Below, in pieces: positions 26,027 through 36,434 of a DNA stretch of 64,000 nt; the first letter of the stretch is position 1, and every line of letters starts with the position of its first letter. The notes under the pieces were generated by a model that had not been told where the DNA came from, did not search any database, and saw nothing but the letters and a program-made list of their open reading frames with translations. The translations under genes were made by a program, and so were the position numbers. The DNA comes from an uncultured Actinomycetota bacterium (GTDB lineage: Bacteria > Actinomycetota > Actinomycetes > Propionibacteriales > Nocardioidaceae). The stretch is taken from contig CAWDAE010000009.1 of NCBI GenBank assembly GCA_963800245.1, forward strand, positions 57,227 to 121,226, given 5' to 3'.

Positions 26027-28221
26027 GCAAGCCGCTGACCGGTGTGCTGAAGCCGACCGCGTCCGGGCGGTTCACCGCGAGCGTCCCGGTCCTGCGAGGC
26101 AGCGACCGACGCAAGCAGCACACGTTCGACACCCGCAAGGCGGCGACCGCGTGGCTCGCAGAGGCGATCCGGGCGGTCGAGGCCGGCCTCCCGCTCCCCA
26201 CTCCGTCCCGCAACGAGACCGTGGGCGTCCCGCACGCAACGGCCCTGCCGGCCGAGCCGACGAGCTTCCGGGCGCTCGGCGAGCTCTGGGCCGAGGAGAA
26301 CTTCGTCGAGGACGAGGTCGCGGAGATCGACCGAGAGGTCCAGGTCCGCAAGCACCTCCAGGTGCTGAGCGACTACCTCGAGGCGTGCGACCTGACCGTC
26401 GCTACCATCACCCGGCGGCAGGCCAAGGAGATGTTCCGCTTCCTCCTCAAGACCGATGGCCCGGCTCCGACCGTGGAACTGCCCGACGGCCTCGACCCGC
26501 ACCGCCTGGTGACCAAGCAGGACGGCCTCATGATCCTGGCGCAGCACGGGCTGGCCATGTCGGAGTCGTCATTCAAACGGGCGCGGCAAGAGGGCAAGCT
26601 GGAGCCGGTTGTGCTCGGTCCCGGGCCGCACCTCTTCCGACTCGGTGACGTCGCCGTCGTCGCAGGACGACTCCGGCGGCCTGCCGGGCGACCGGGCTCG
26701 ATGCCCGCGAACCGGTATGCCCGCAGCACCATGTGCGACGTGCGCCGCACGTTCCGCCGTGTCATGGAGTACGCCGCCGAGCACCACGTGGCGACCCAGC
26801 CCCGAGTCACGGAGGCCAAGCTTCCGAAGGACCGCTCCAGCAAGGTCAAGGTCCGCCCCCTGACCCTCCAGGAGGCGGCGGAGCTCGCCGTTCACCTCCA
26901 CGCGGTCCACCAGGTCGCGCTGTGGCTCATGCGCATCATGGGGCTGCGGATCGGCGAGGCGTACGGCGTCCGAGTCGAGGACCTCACGGACTTCGGACCC
27001 GGCCAGGCAGGCACCTTGAAGGTCCAGTCGCAGGGTGGCACCAAGTTCCGGCGACGGAAGGGCAAGGACGTCGTCGTCTCGGACGAGGTCGACGAGGTGA
27101 AGGCCGACTCGCTCCGTGTGCTCATCGTCCCGGCGCCGCTCATGGACCTGCTTCGTGACGTGATCGCCGTCTTCCACACAGACCCGCGGGGCGCGGTCGA
27201 CTCCGCAGCACGTCTGGTCCCCGGACTGGCCGTGGACGACAAGGCCGGTCAGAAGGCCTTCACCGCAGCCCTCAAGCGCGCCGTCGAGGTCGAGGGCATC
27301 GACCTGCGTCGAGCCATGGGACGGCGAGCAGCCGCCTGTGAGCCTGTGCTGCCCACGCCCCACACGTTGCGAAAGTCCGTCGCGTCGCAGCTGAAGGGGA
27401 AGGTCGCTGTGGAGGACGTAGAGCTGTTCCTGGGCCACCGGATGGGTGGCCGGGTCATCCACAAGCACTACCTGCTGTCGGACCCCGACCTGAAGGCCGA
27501 GCGCCGGATCGCGCGGCGCCTCACGAAGCAGATCGACGCCGAGCTGGGCGGAAGTCTGATGATCCCGACCGCAATCACCTGCGCCAGCGGAAACCAGAAG
27601 GCACTCGCACAGCGCGGCCTCGAGATCGAGGCTGCCCTGCTCGACCTGGGCTGGCTGGTCTCCGCTCACCCGGAGGACAGCCTCACCGTCGCAGACGCAG
27701 CTCCCATGATCGGGGTGTCGGAGCAGCAGGTCCGCGCAAGCATCCGCGCAGGCGACCTCCCTGCTCGTCTGGTACCAGGCACGTCCCCGGGTGTTCCGCG
27801 TTACCTCGTGGCGTTGCCGGACGCTCTCGCTGCCGCCGAAACGCGTCCGGCGGGGAGTGCGATCCGCCAGCTGGTTGAGGAGCTCGGGTTCCCGTACGAC
27901 GCGATCCGGCAGTACATCAACCGGCACCCCGACCTGTCCTTCGAGGTCGTCGCCGGTCGCCGCGACCACAAGGTCTCCGATCACGTGGCCGCAGAGGTGC
28001 GTCGCTACTTCACCGAGCAGTCAGCGCTCGAGTCGCGCGCGACTCGACTTCCGGACGCCGCACGCGCGCTCGGCCTGAGCGTGCCCGCCGTCAAGACCCT
28101 GATCAGGAACGGACACCTGGTAGAGGACATCAGGTTCCACGGTGGGATTCAGTCCGTCACGACCGCGAGCTTGGACGGCTTCTTGTCAACCGGTACGGGG
28201 CTGCGTCGCCGGGCCTCGTGA
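26023..28221 (+). CDS. tyrosine-type site-specific integrase with ~250-aa C-terminal extension carrying two Xis-like HTH modules
   Basis: Catalytic-domain motifs: MGLRIGEAYGVRVEDL (Arg I), PHTLRKSVAS (H-x-x-R), LGHRMGGRVIHKHYL (His/Tyr). The tail contains LTVADAAPMIGVSEQQVRASIRAGDLP and RLPDAARALGLSVPAVKTLIRNGHL. Confidence 0.85.
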   Translation: MSKPLTGVLKPTASGRFTASVPVLRGSDRRKQHTFDTRKAATAWLAEAIRAVEAGLPLPTPSRNETVGVPHATALPAEPTSFRALGELWAEENFVEDEVAEIDREVQVRKHLQVLSDYLEACDLTVATITRRQAKEMFRFLLKTDGPAPTVELPDGLDPHRLVTKQDGLMILAQHGLAMSESSFKRARQEGKLEPVVLGPGPHLFRLGDVAVVAGRLRRPAGRPGSMPANRYARSTMCDVRRTFRRVMEYAAEHHVATQPRVTEAKLPKDRSSKVKVRPLTLQEAAELAVHLHAVHQVALWLMRIMGLRIGEAYGVRVEDLTDFGPGQAGTLKVQSQGGTKFRRRKGKDVVVSDEVDEVKADSLRVLIVPAPLMDLLRDVIAVFHTDPRGAVDSAARLVPGLAVDDKAGQKAFTAALKRAVEVEGIDLRRAMGRRAAACEPVLPTPHTLRKSVASQLKGKVAVEDVELFLGHRMGGRVIHKHYLLSDPDLKAERRIARRLTKQIDAELGGSLMIPTAITCASGNQKALAQRGLEIEAALLDLGWLVSAHPEDSLTVADAAPMIGVSEQQVRASIRAGDLPARLVPGTSPGVPRYLVALPDALAAAETRPAGSAIRQLVEELGFPYDAIRQYINRHPDLSFEVVAGRRDHKVSDHVAAEVRRYFTEQSALESRATRLPDAARALGLSVPAVKTLIRNGHLVEDIRFHGGIQSVTTASLDGFLSTGTGLRRRAS

Positions 28222-28281
28222 GCACGGCGTCGGGTGCCGGGCGGCTCGGCGGCCAAGGTGTCGAAGGTCCGGGCGATGGCA

Positions 28282-29058
28282 TCAGGCGAGCCACCTGGTC
28301 AGGCCGGTCGCATCGACATCGACCACCAAGCAGTCGTCTAGGTCGGCCACCAGCAGCCCGTCGCGGTGGACGGTGTGCACGCCCTCGAGCTGGTCGACGG
28401 TGGCCGTGCTCGTGACCCAGGTGCGGCTGTCAGAAGCAGGCGAAGTGGCATGAACGCGTACGTGTTCGTCGAGCAGACGGAGCTCGACCTCGTACCCGGT
28501 GGGCAGGTCGACGGGGAAGCCGTCTTCGAGGTGAAGGCGCAGCACCCCGGTCTCGGGCTGATTGGGCACCACGGTGACCACGTCGAACGCCACGCCGACC
28601 ACCTTGCCTGCCGCCGAGGGGAACGTCCTCAGCTCGCCGGCGCTGGTGTCCGTCCCGTGCATCCTGAGCAGTGCCTGGTGGGGCGGAGTGTCTCGGAGTG
28701 TCGTCACCACGGGGATGCCGTACCAGCCGGCGATCCTGTCCACCTCGAGGTGTCCTCTGCTCGTGGCGTCGACGAAGACGCACGTGTGGCGTCGCTCCTG
28801 AGGGGACTTCAGGGCGCCGACGAGGTGGTCGTGATCAGCGACCAGGGCGGCGATGGCGGATCGGACGGTCAAGTCGTGTCTTCGCAGACGGTCGCTGACG
28901 GCGGTCGTGCGACGCCGGCTCCCGACGTCGAACCCGCGGAGGACGGTGACCACCGGTGCAGCGCAGCACTGCGTGGCCTCGACGCACGCGAGCGTGCCCT
29001 CCACGAGCCTGGTGACGTGGGAGAGGCTGTTCACGTCTCGTGCGACCAGGTCAGTCAA
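28282..29058 (-). CDS. hypothetical protein
   Basis: Third gene of a minus-strand trio. The start is uncertain: a TTG at 29058 overlaps the upstream stop, and a GTG lies at 29031. No family recognised. Confidence 0.4.
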   Translation of the reverse strand: MTDLVARDVNSLSHVTRLVEGTLACVEATQCCAAPVVTVLRGFDVGSRRRTTAVSDRLRRHDLTVRSAIAALVADHDHLVGALKSPQERRHTCVFVDATSRGHLEVDRIAGWYGIPVVTTLRDTPPHQALLRMHGTDTSAGELRTFPSAAGKVVGVAFDVVTVVPNQPETGVLRLHLEDGFPVDLPTGYEVELRLLDEHVRVHATSPASDSRTWVTSTATVDQLEGVHTVHRDGLLVADLDDCLVVDVDATGLTRWLA

Positions 29059-29254
29059 CGGGGATCCCCTGCAGGAACTCCCAGAGGTCCCGCATGTGCC
29101 GGAAGTGGCGGTCCGGCAGGCGGTCGAGCTCGAGGAGTACGGCGGGCGAGGCGGCCTTGGCGCGGGCGACGAGAAGCAGGTCGGCGGTCTCGGCACCGTC
29201 GGGGCCGAAGGCGTCACCCACCAGGTCGGCGATCTGGATCCTGGTCACGCTCAC
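29051..29254 (-). CDS. DUF2795-like small protein
   Basis: 67 aa. IADLVGDAFGPDGAETADLLLVARAKAASPAVLLELDRLPDRHF resembles the DUF2795 pattern. GTG start in a GTGA overlap with the upstream gene. Confidence 0.45.
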   Translation of the reverse strand: MSVTRIQIADLVGDAFGPDGAETADLLLVARAKAASPAVLLELDRLPDRHFRHMRDLWEFLQGIPVD

Positions 29255-29502
29255 TGCGGACCACCGCCGCGGGGGACTGGCCGGGCCGTGATCCAGCGGA
29301 AGGTCCCGTTGGTCTCGATGACACGGCGGCGCACCTCGCTGACCACCTCAGAGGGCAGCTCCAGAAGCGTGATCCACTCCTCGCCCTCTCGTCGCTCGAA
29401 GCAGGTGTGCTCGCGGGTGACTGCTACCCGCTGGGCTTGCAGGTCCCTCTCGGTCCCGTCGGTACATCGCACCTTGAATGTCGGCACTTCAACTCCTGTC
29501 AC
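29251..29502 (-). CDS. hypothetical protein (83 aa)
   Basis: GTG start and A/T-ending codons typical of island DNA. No family recognised. Confidence 0.4.
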   Translation of the reverse strand: MTGVEVPTFKVRCTDGTERDLQAQRVAVTREHTCFERREGEEWITLLELPSEVVSEVRRRVIETNGTFRWITARPVPRGGGPQ

Positions 29503-29539
29503 GCGCTCGGCCCTACAACTCTACCGCAGCGGCAAGGTT

Positions 29540-29567
29540 GGTGGTTGGTGCCGGTCGTGCAACCACC
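29540..29567. promoter_or_regulatory. inverted repeat GGTGGTTG-N12-CAACCACC in the divergent promoter region upstream of the MerR gene
   Basis: Perfect 8-bp arms at 29540-29547 and 29560-29567. The position fits an operator or promoter-spacer element. Function not demonstrated. Confidence 0.3.
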
Positions 29568-29659
29568 CCGCTCAAGGCGCAAAGCGTGGATGTGACTCTC
29601 CCACGACGTGACGTTACGATGGAGCGACCACCCATCCAGCACCGAGGAGCGCAGGCGTC

Positions 29660-30079
29660 ATGGGTCTCCACCACATGCAGATCGGCGAGGTCGCCGAGCA
29701 GGTCGGCCTGAGTCTGCGCACCATCCGGTACTACGAGGAGGTCGGGCTGGTGACGCCGTCGGCACGGACCTCTGGTGGGTTCCGGCTCTACACCGAGACC
29801 GACGTGGCGCGGCTGCGTCTGGTGCGCCGCATGAAGCCGCTGGACTTCTCGCTCGAGGAGATGAAGGACCTGCTGACCGTGCTGGACCAGCTCGAGGTCG
29901 GGGACCCGGGCAGTGTTGAGCACCAGGACCTGGTCGGCCGCCTCGACATGTACCGCGAGGCCGCCAAGGCGCGGGTTGTGGCACTGCGCGAGCAGCTCGA
30001 CACCGCGGAGGGGTTCGCGGCCGACTTGCGGCGCGAGATCGGCCGCCAGAAGAAGCGAGCGGCGAACCAGAGCCAGTGA
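29660..30079 (+). CDS. MerR family transcriptional regulator
   Basis: [26 protein letters not shown]...[21 protein letters not shown]. Confidence 0.9.
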   Translation: MGLHHMQIGEVAEQVGLSLRTIRYYEEVGLVTPSARTSGGFRLYTETDVARLRLVRRMKPLDFSLEEMKDLLTVLDQLEVGDPGSVEHQDLVGRLDMYREAAKARVVALREQLDTAEGFAADLRREIGRQKKRAANQSQ

Positions 30080-31684
30080 CCACCACCGCTCCCACCCGCG
30101 CTGAGGCCGGCCAGGTGGCTCAGGAGGCCCGCCGTCGGCGGACCTTCGCTGTCATCAGCCACCCGGACGCAGGCAAGTCCACGCTGACCGAGGCCCTCGC
30201 GCTGCACGCCGAGGTAATCTCCGAGGCCGGTGCCGTCCACGGCAAGGCCGGTCGCCGCGGCACCGTCTCGGACTGGATGGAGATGGAGCGCGCACGGGGC
30301 ATCTCGATCACCTCCGCCGCGCTGCAGTTCGCCTATGAGGACCACGTGGTCAACCTGGTCGACACACCTGGTCACGCCGACTTCTCCGAGGACACCTACC
30401 GGGTCCTGGCCGCAGTCGATGCCGCGGTCATGCTCGTCGACGCCGCCAAGGGTCTGGAACCGCAGACCCTCAAGCTGTTCCAGGTGTGCCGTCACCGCCG
30501 GATCCCGGTGATCACCGTGATCAACAAGTGGGACCGTCCCGGCCGCGAGGCCTTGGCGCTGATGGACGAGATCGAGCAACAGATCGGCCTCAAGCCCACC
30601 CCGCTCACCTGGCCGGTCGGGATCTCCGGCGACTTCCACGGTGTCCTGGAGCGCAGCTCCGGGGACATGCGTCGCCTACACCCGCACCGCGGGTGGCGCC
30701 ACCCGCGCGCCGGAGGAGGAACTCCACGCCGCGGCCGCGCGGGCGGCCTACCCCGGGGACTGGGACAACGCCGTCGAGGAGCATCAACTCCTCGTCGCGG
30801 ACGGCGCCGACCACGACGCCGAGCTGTTCCTGGCGGGAGAGACCACGCCGGTGCTGTTCGCCTCAGCGATCCTCAACTTCGGTGTCGCCCAGCTGCTGCG
30901 CACCTTGGTCGAGCTCGCCCCGGCGCCCTCGGCCACCATGGGCGTCGACGGCACGCGTCGCGAGGTGGACGAGCCGTTCAGTGCCTTCGTCTTCAAGGTC
31001 CAGGCCGGCATGGACGCCTCCCACCGCGACCGGCTCGCCTACGCCCGCGTGTGCAGCGGTGTCTTCCGCCGCGGCATGGTGGCCACGCACGCAGAGACCG
31101 GCCGACCGTTCGCGACCAAGTACGCCCAAGCGGTGTTCGGGCGCGAGCGCTCGGTGGTCGACACTGCCTACCCCGGCGACATCATCGGGCTGGTCAACGC
31201 CAGCGCGCTGCGCGTCGGCGACACCATCTACGAGGAGACGCCGGTCCAGTTCCCACCGATCGCCAGCTTCGCGCCCGAGCACTTCGCCGTGTGCCGGGCC
31301 CAGGACGCCAGCCGGTTCAAAGGCTTCCGCAAGGGCATCGAGCAGCTGGACCAGGAAGGCGTCGTGCAGGTGCTGCGCTCGGAGGTGCGCGGCGACCAGG
31401 CGCCGGTGCTCGCCGCCGTCGGACCGATGCAGTTCGAGGTCGGCGAGGCGCGGATGATCGCCGAGTTCAACGCACCGATCCGCCTGGAGCGACTCGACTA
31501 CTCCGTCGCGCGTCGCACCCGCCCGGAGGACGTGGTCGAGCTCAACAGCCTGCGCGGGGTCGAGGTGCTCGCCCGGTCCGACGGCGAGCTGCTGGCCTTG
31601 TTCCCGGACCGCTGGCGCACCGAGGCCGTGCAACGCATGCAACCGGACCTGATGCTCGAGCCCCTCGTCGCCGGAGCACGGTGA
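30076..31684 (+). pseudogene. prfC: peptide chain release factor 3, one frameshift at a GGGG run (pseudogene or sequencing error)
   Basis: [51 protein letters not shown] and NKWDR read in frame 1 up to GVLERSSG. The protein continues in the next frame ([17 protein letters not shown]... to the stop at 31684). Removing one G at 30661-30664 restores the frame. The GTG start overlaps the MerR stop (GTGA). Confidence 0.85.
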
Positions 31685-32985
31685 GCGCACCTCCGACCCT
31701 CAGGGACCGGCTGACCCGGCAGCAGCGCGCCCCGACGGCTTCTACGGCTGGCACGTCGTCGCCTACGCGGCCGTGGCCCTGTGCGCCACAGCTCCTGGAC
31801 AGACCGCCGCCGTCTCGGCGTTCATCGACCCGATAATGGCCGACCTCGGGGTCAGCCGCGGGCAGATCTCCACGGCCTACCTCGTCGGCACCCTCACCGG
31901 AGCGCTCGCGATGCCGCTCGCCGGACGTGCCATCGACCGCCACGGCGCGCGCCGCAGCATGGCGGTCATCGCCGCAGCCTTCGGAGCCGCACTGCTGGGG
32001 CTCTCGCTGGTCGAAGGACTGGTCGGGCTGACCCTCGGGTTCATCGGCATCCGAATGCTGGGCAGGGCGCGCTCGGGCTCGCCGCGACCACCGCCGCAGC
32101 CAGGTGGTTCACCACACGGCGCGGATCGGCACTCGGCATCGTCTCCGCAGTCGGAGCAGCCGGCATCTCCACTGCTCCCTTCCTCCTCGAAGGGCTGATC
32201 AGCGCGCACGGATGGCGCACCGCCTGGGGCGTGGAGGGCATCCTCATCTGGGTCGTCGTGATCCCCCTTGCTCTCTTCGGGATGCGCGATGGACCTGCCC
32301 AGCTCGGCCAACGACCCGACGGTGCCCCTCCAAGCACCACAACGCCGGACTGCGACCACACGGGGCAGCGCGTCGTGAGGCCTTCGCCTCACCCTTCTTC
32401 TGGGTTCTGACCGCAGGCGTCGCCACCTCGGGGATGCTGTCCACCGCGGTCGCCTTTCACCAGATCAGCCTCCTCGGCGAGCAGGGTCTGACCGCGGCTC
32501 AGGCTGCGGCGAACTTCATCCCGCAGACCGTCGCCGGCATCGTCGTGACCCTGATCACCGGCCACCTAGTCGACCGGGTCAGCTCCCGGTGGCTCACCGC
32601 AGCCTCCATGGGCATGCTCGCCTGCGCGCTCGCCGGGGCGGTCCTCGTCTCGCCGGGATGGTCAGCGCTCAGCTTCGGCGTCGCGATCGGCGCCGCCGGC
32701 GCCTCCATCCGCGCCTTGGAGGCAGCCTCAGTGCCGAAGTACTTCGGCACTCTGCACCTCGGCGCCATCCGGGGCTTCGTCGCCTCGGTCAGCGTTGGCT
32801 CCACCGCCTTCGGTCCAGTGCTGTTCGCCCTGGCCTTCGAGGCCACTGGTCGCTACACCACGGTGCTCCTGGCCAGCGCGGTGCTTCCGCTCCTCGTCGC
32901 GGTCGTCTCGCTCCGGGTTGGGCCGCCACGTGCGGGAGGTCACGCCGAGACCGAGGAGATCAGTTCGACCCTACCTTCTCGTTAG
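31681..32985 (+). pseudogene. MFS transporter with 2-3 single-nt deletions (pseudogene or sequencing error)
   Basis: Segments in three frames read as one MFS protein: [32 protein letters not shown]...GFIGIRMLG, then QGALGLAATTAAARWF...FGMRDGP, then REAFASPFFWVLTAGV... to the stop. Shifts lie near 32063 and 32300-32365. A probable third shift near 31725-31735 links to the GTG at 31681. Confidence 0.7.
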
Positions 32986-33111
32986 GTTAGAGTTGAGGTC
33001 GTCGCCCGGAGCGGCATCGCCCTCCCTGGCTGACCCCATCGACTCGAACCCGCACCCCCGACCTCGCACGCCTGCACGGAGCAAGGACCTGGCATCCCCC
33101 GTGACGCCCGC

Positions 33112-34665
33112 GTGCGCCCCGACCACGAACGGAACCGACGCGTGTCGCACCCGCACCCTTCCCCTGTCCACCCTCGCGAGGTCGAGGAGGACGAGAACAC
33201 CTCGGTCCTCGCCGCTCTGCGCTCGCCGCAGCGACTGCGCACCGAGGTGCTCGCCGGCCTCGTCGTGGCCCTGGCGCTCATCCCCGAGGCGATCTCCTTC
33301 TCCATCATCGCCGGCGTGGACCCGCGGATCGGGCTGTTCGCCTCGTTCACGATGGCGGTCTCCATCGCCTTCCTGGGCGGGCGACCCGCGATGATCTCGG
33401 CCGCCACCGGAGCCATCGCCCTGGTGATCGCCCCCGTCGCTCGCAAGTACGGCCTCGACTACTTCGTCGCCACGGTGATCCTGGCCGGCGTCTTCCAGGT
33501 GCTGCTCGGGCTCGCCGGCGTTGCGAAGCTGATGCGGTTCATCCCCCGCTCGGTGATGGTCGGCTTCGTCAACGCCCTGGCCATCCTGATCTTCCTGGCC
33601 CAGGTCCCGCACATGGTCGACGTCCCTGTCCTGGTCTACCCGATGATCGCCCTGGGCCTGGTGATCATGTTCGCCCTGCCGCGGGTCACCACGGCCGTCC
33701 CGGCACCCTTGGTCGCGATCGTCGTGCTGACCGCGATCACCGTGTTCATGGCGATCGACCTGCCCGACGTCGGTGACGAGGGCAAGCTGCCTGACAGCCT
33801 CCCGTCGCTGTTCTTCCCCGACGTCCCCCTCAACCTGGAGACCTTCAAGATCATCGCGCCCTATGCGCTGGCAATGGCGCTGGTCGGCATCCTCGAGTCT
33901 CTGCTGACCGCGAAGCTGGTCGACGACATCACCGACACCCACTCCAACAAGACCCGCGAGTCCTGGGGCCAGGGCGCAGCGAACATCATCACCGGCTTCT
34001 TCGGCGGCATGGGGGGCTGCGCCATGATCGGCCAGACCCTGATCAACGTGAAGGTGTCCGGGGCCCGCACCCGCATCTCCACCTTCCTCGCCGGCGTCTT
34101 CCTCCTCGTCCTGGTGGTCGGGTTCGGGGGACTCGTGGCGATCATCCCGATGGCGGCACTCGTCGCGGTGATGATCGTGGTTGCCATCTCCACCTTCGAC
34201 TGGCACAGCGTCCAGCTCAACACCCTGCGACGCATGCCCAAGAGCGAGAACATCGTGATGCTCTCCACCGTGGTCGCGGTGGTCGCCACCCACAACCTGG
34301 CCATCGGCGTCGTCATCGGCGTGATCGTCGCGATGATCCTCTTCGCCCGCCGGGTCGCCCACCTCACCAACGTCGAGGACGTTGCCGAGATCGACCCCGA
34401 CACCCACGTGTACGCCGTGACCGGCGCGCTGTTCTTCGCCACCAGCAACGACCTGTACTCCCAGTTCGACTACGCCGGAGCGCCCAAGAACGTCATCATC
34501 GACTTGTCGGAGGCACACATCTGGGACGCCTCGACCGTGGCGGCACTCGACGCCATCCAGCACAAGTTCGAGTCCAAGGGCAAGAACGTCGACATCGTCG
34601 GGCTGAACCGGGCGAGCGCCCTGATGCACGAGCGCCTCAGCGGCCACCTCGGCGCCGGACACTGA
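33112..34665 (+). CDS. SulP family inorganic anion (sulfate) transporter with C-terminal STAS domain
   Basis: LAGLVVALALIPEAISFSIIAGV, GQGAANIITGFFGGMGGCAMIGQT, and a STAS-like tail ALFFATSNDL...VDIVGLN. The start codon is uncertain. Confidence 0.9.
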   Translation: MRPDHERNRRVSHPHPSPVHPREVEEDENTSVLAALRSPQRLRTEVLAGLVVALALIPEAISFSIIAGVDPRIGLFASFTMAVSIAFLGGRPAMISAATGAIALVIAPVARKYGLDYFVATVILAGVFQVLLGLAGVAKLMRFIPRSVMVGFVNALAILIFLAQVPHMVDVPVLVYPMIALGLVIMFALPRVTTAVPAPLVAIVVLTAITVFMAIDLPDVGDEGKLPDSLPSLFFPDVPLNLETFKIIAPYALAMALVGILESLLTAKLVDDITDTHSNKTRESWGQGAANIITGFFGGMGGCAMIGQTLINVKVSGARTRISTFLAGVFLLVLVVGFGGLVAIIPMAALVAVMIVVAISTFDWHSVQLNTLRRMPKSENIVMLSTVVAVVATHNLAIGVVIGVIVAMILFARRVAHLTNVEDVAEIDPDTHVYAVTGALFFATSNDLYSQFDYAGAPKNVIIDLSEAHIWDASTVAALDAIQHKFESKGKNVDIVGLNRASALMHERLSGHLGAGH

Positions 34666-34679
34666 CGAGAGGCGCGGCG

Positions 34680-35390
34680 ATGGGACTCGGCTTCGAGGTC
34701 CTCGACTGGCAGGACACCCTGCTGGGACCGATCAGCCTGCGCCGCCGGGTCGAGCCGTCGCTGCAGGTCGAGGTCTACGAGGTGAAGCTCGGCGACGAGT
34801 TCCTCATGTCGAGCCTGTTCACCGCCAGCGAGCGCGCCCTCGCCGACCTCGGGCTGCGAGCGACCCCAGGCGAGAGCCTGGACGTGCTGGTCGGTGGCCT
34901 CGGGTTGGGGTACACCGCCATCACCGCGCTCGAGGACCCACGCGTCCGCACGCTCACCGTCGTCGATGCCCTGCCGCAGGTCATCGACTGGCACCAGCGC
35001 CGGCTCCTGCCGGACGCTGCGCACCTCACGACCGACCCGCGGACCCGCCTGGTCCACGGCGACTTCTTCCGGCTCATCACCGGCGACCCAGTCCTCGGTG
35101 ACCTGGCGCCCGAGCGCTTCCACGCGATCCTGCTCGACATCGATCACACCCCGGACCACGTGCTCCACCCCAGTCACGCGCACTTCTACACCCAGGCGGG
35201 TCTGGAGTCCTTGACGGACCACCTGCACCCCGGAGGCACCTTCGCGCTGTGGTCCGACGACCCTCCCGAGCAGGGCTTCATGTCCCGGCTCGCCGGGGTC
35301 TTCCCGGGAGCCGAGTCGCACGTGGTCGAGTTCGCCAACCCCCTCACAGGCGGCCACTCCGCCTGCACCGTCTACATCGCGCGACGCTGA
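34680..35390 (+). CDS. spermidine-synthase-like SAM-methyltransferase-fold protein
   Basis: VLVGGLGLGYTAITAL, RLVHGDFF, ILLDIDHTP, GGTFALWS. Confidence 0.55.
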   Translation: MGLGFEVLDWQDTLLGPISLRRRVEPSLQVEVYEVKLGDEFLMSSLFTASERALADLGLRATPGESLDVLVGGLGLGYTAITALEDPRVRTLTVVDALPQVIDWHQRRLLPDAAHLTTDPRTRLVHGDFFRLITGDPVLGDLAPERFHAILLDIDHTPDHVLHPSHAHFYTQAGLESLTDHLHPGGTFALWSDDPPEQGFMSRLAGVFPGAESHVVEFANPLTGGHSACTVYIARR

Positions 35391-35477
35391 GATGCTCGCC
35401 GTGCCTGGGGCTTCCTGCGCAGACTCTGACGCGGCGGGAGAGTAGGCTGGGCCCGCACCCAGACAGGGAGGTGGTCC

Positions 35478-36239
35478 GTGGCGCAGATCAGCAGTTGCCC
35501 CTTCTGCGCGGAGTCCGAGCGCCTACGCGGTCGCGCCGTCGAGGGCGACATCGAGGTGACTTGCGAGTCCTGTGGCGCTCGCTGGCTGCGCGGCGCACCG
35601 CGGTGCGGCCAGTGCGGCGGATCGGAGGTCGAGGTCCGCCCTCAGCTGATGACACGCCAGCCTCGCGGCAACCAGGTCGCCATCGTGGCCCGCCGCGAGG
35701 TCCCTCTGTGCCCACGATGCGACGCCGACGCCCTGGTCGCGTCCGTGAGCGGCAACCGCACCGTGCCCGAGGGCTACGTGTCAGCGTTCCTGTTCGGAGG
35801 ACAGAGGGCCTCCTCCACACCGGCGTCCTCTGACGGCCATGAAGCTGCGGCTCCGTCCCGACGTGCCACCAGACGGCCCACCGCGCCGAGACAGACCCGG
35901 GTGGCAGAGCGGGACCACTCGGCAGCCCCGGTGCCTGAGACGAAGGGAGCCCCAGCCACGGCGCCGACTGTCCGCCAGGCCGTCGAGGCGTACCTGACAA
36001 GCGCCCCTGACGCCGACAGCCTCACCTTGGTCCTCCTGGGCCAGCACCTCGGACCCAGCACCAGGCTCGACTCTCTCGGACCCGAGGCAGCCGACCGGAT
36101 GCAGCGATGGTTCCAGTCCACGTGGGGGAGCCAGCCCGCATCGCGTCGCGACCACGCGGCAGTTGCGCTCGTGGGCGCAATCGCGCACTGGAGGCAGCAT
36201 GGTTGGCTCAGCACCGATCTGACGGCCGGTCTCCGCTGA
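35478..36239 (+). CDS. hypothetical protein with two N-terminal zinc-ribbon motifs
   Basis: GTG follows AGGGAGG. CPFC...CESCG and CGQCGG...CPRCD are followed by a Pro/Ala-rich linker and a C-terminal helical domain. Confidence 0.5.
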   Translation: MAQISSCPFCAESERLRGRAVEGDIEVTCESCGARWLRGAPRCGQCGGSEVEVRPQLMTRQPRGNQVAIVARREVPLCPRCDADALVASVSGNRTVPEGYVSAFLFGGQRASSTPASSDGHEAAAPSRRATRRPTAPRQTRVAERDHSAAPVPETKGAPATAPTVRQAVEAYLTSAPDADSLTLVLLGQHLGPSTRLDSLGPEAADRMQRWFQSTWGSQPASRRDHAAVALVGAIAHWRQHGWLSTDLTAGLR

Positions 36240-36434
36240 ACCCCAGCAAACACGCCTCGGGGGACATGCGGCTTCCAGAAGAACGGCGCACCGAGTTCCA
36301 GCTACTGGCGGAGATGATCCGAGACGGACCCTGCGGGTCGAAGGACCCGCGTTTCAAGCGGCCGAGTCGCGCGTCCCGTCGGACTCCGCAGGACCTGACT
36401 GCGGGCAGAGGCGGTGGCCGGACTGTCCGACGTC

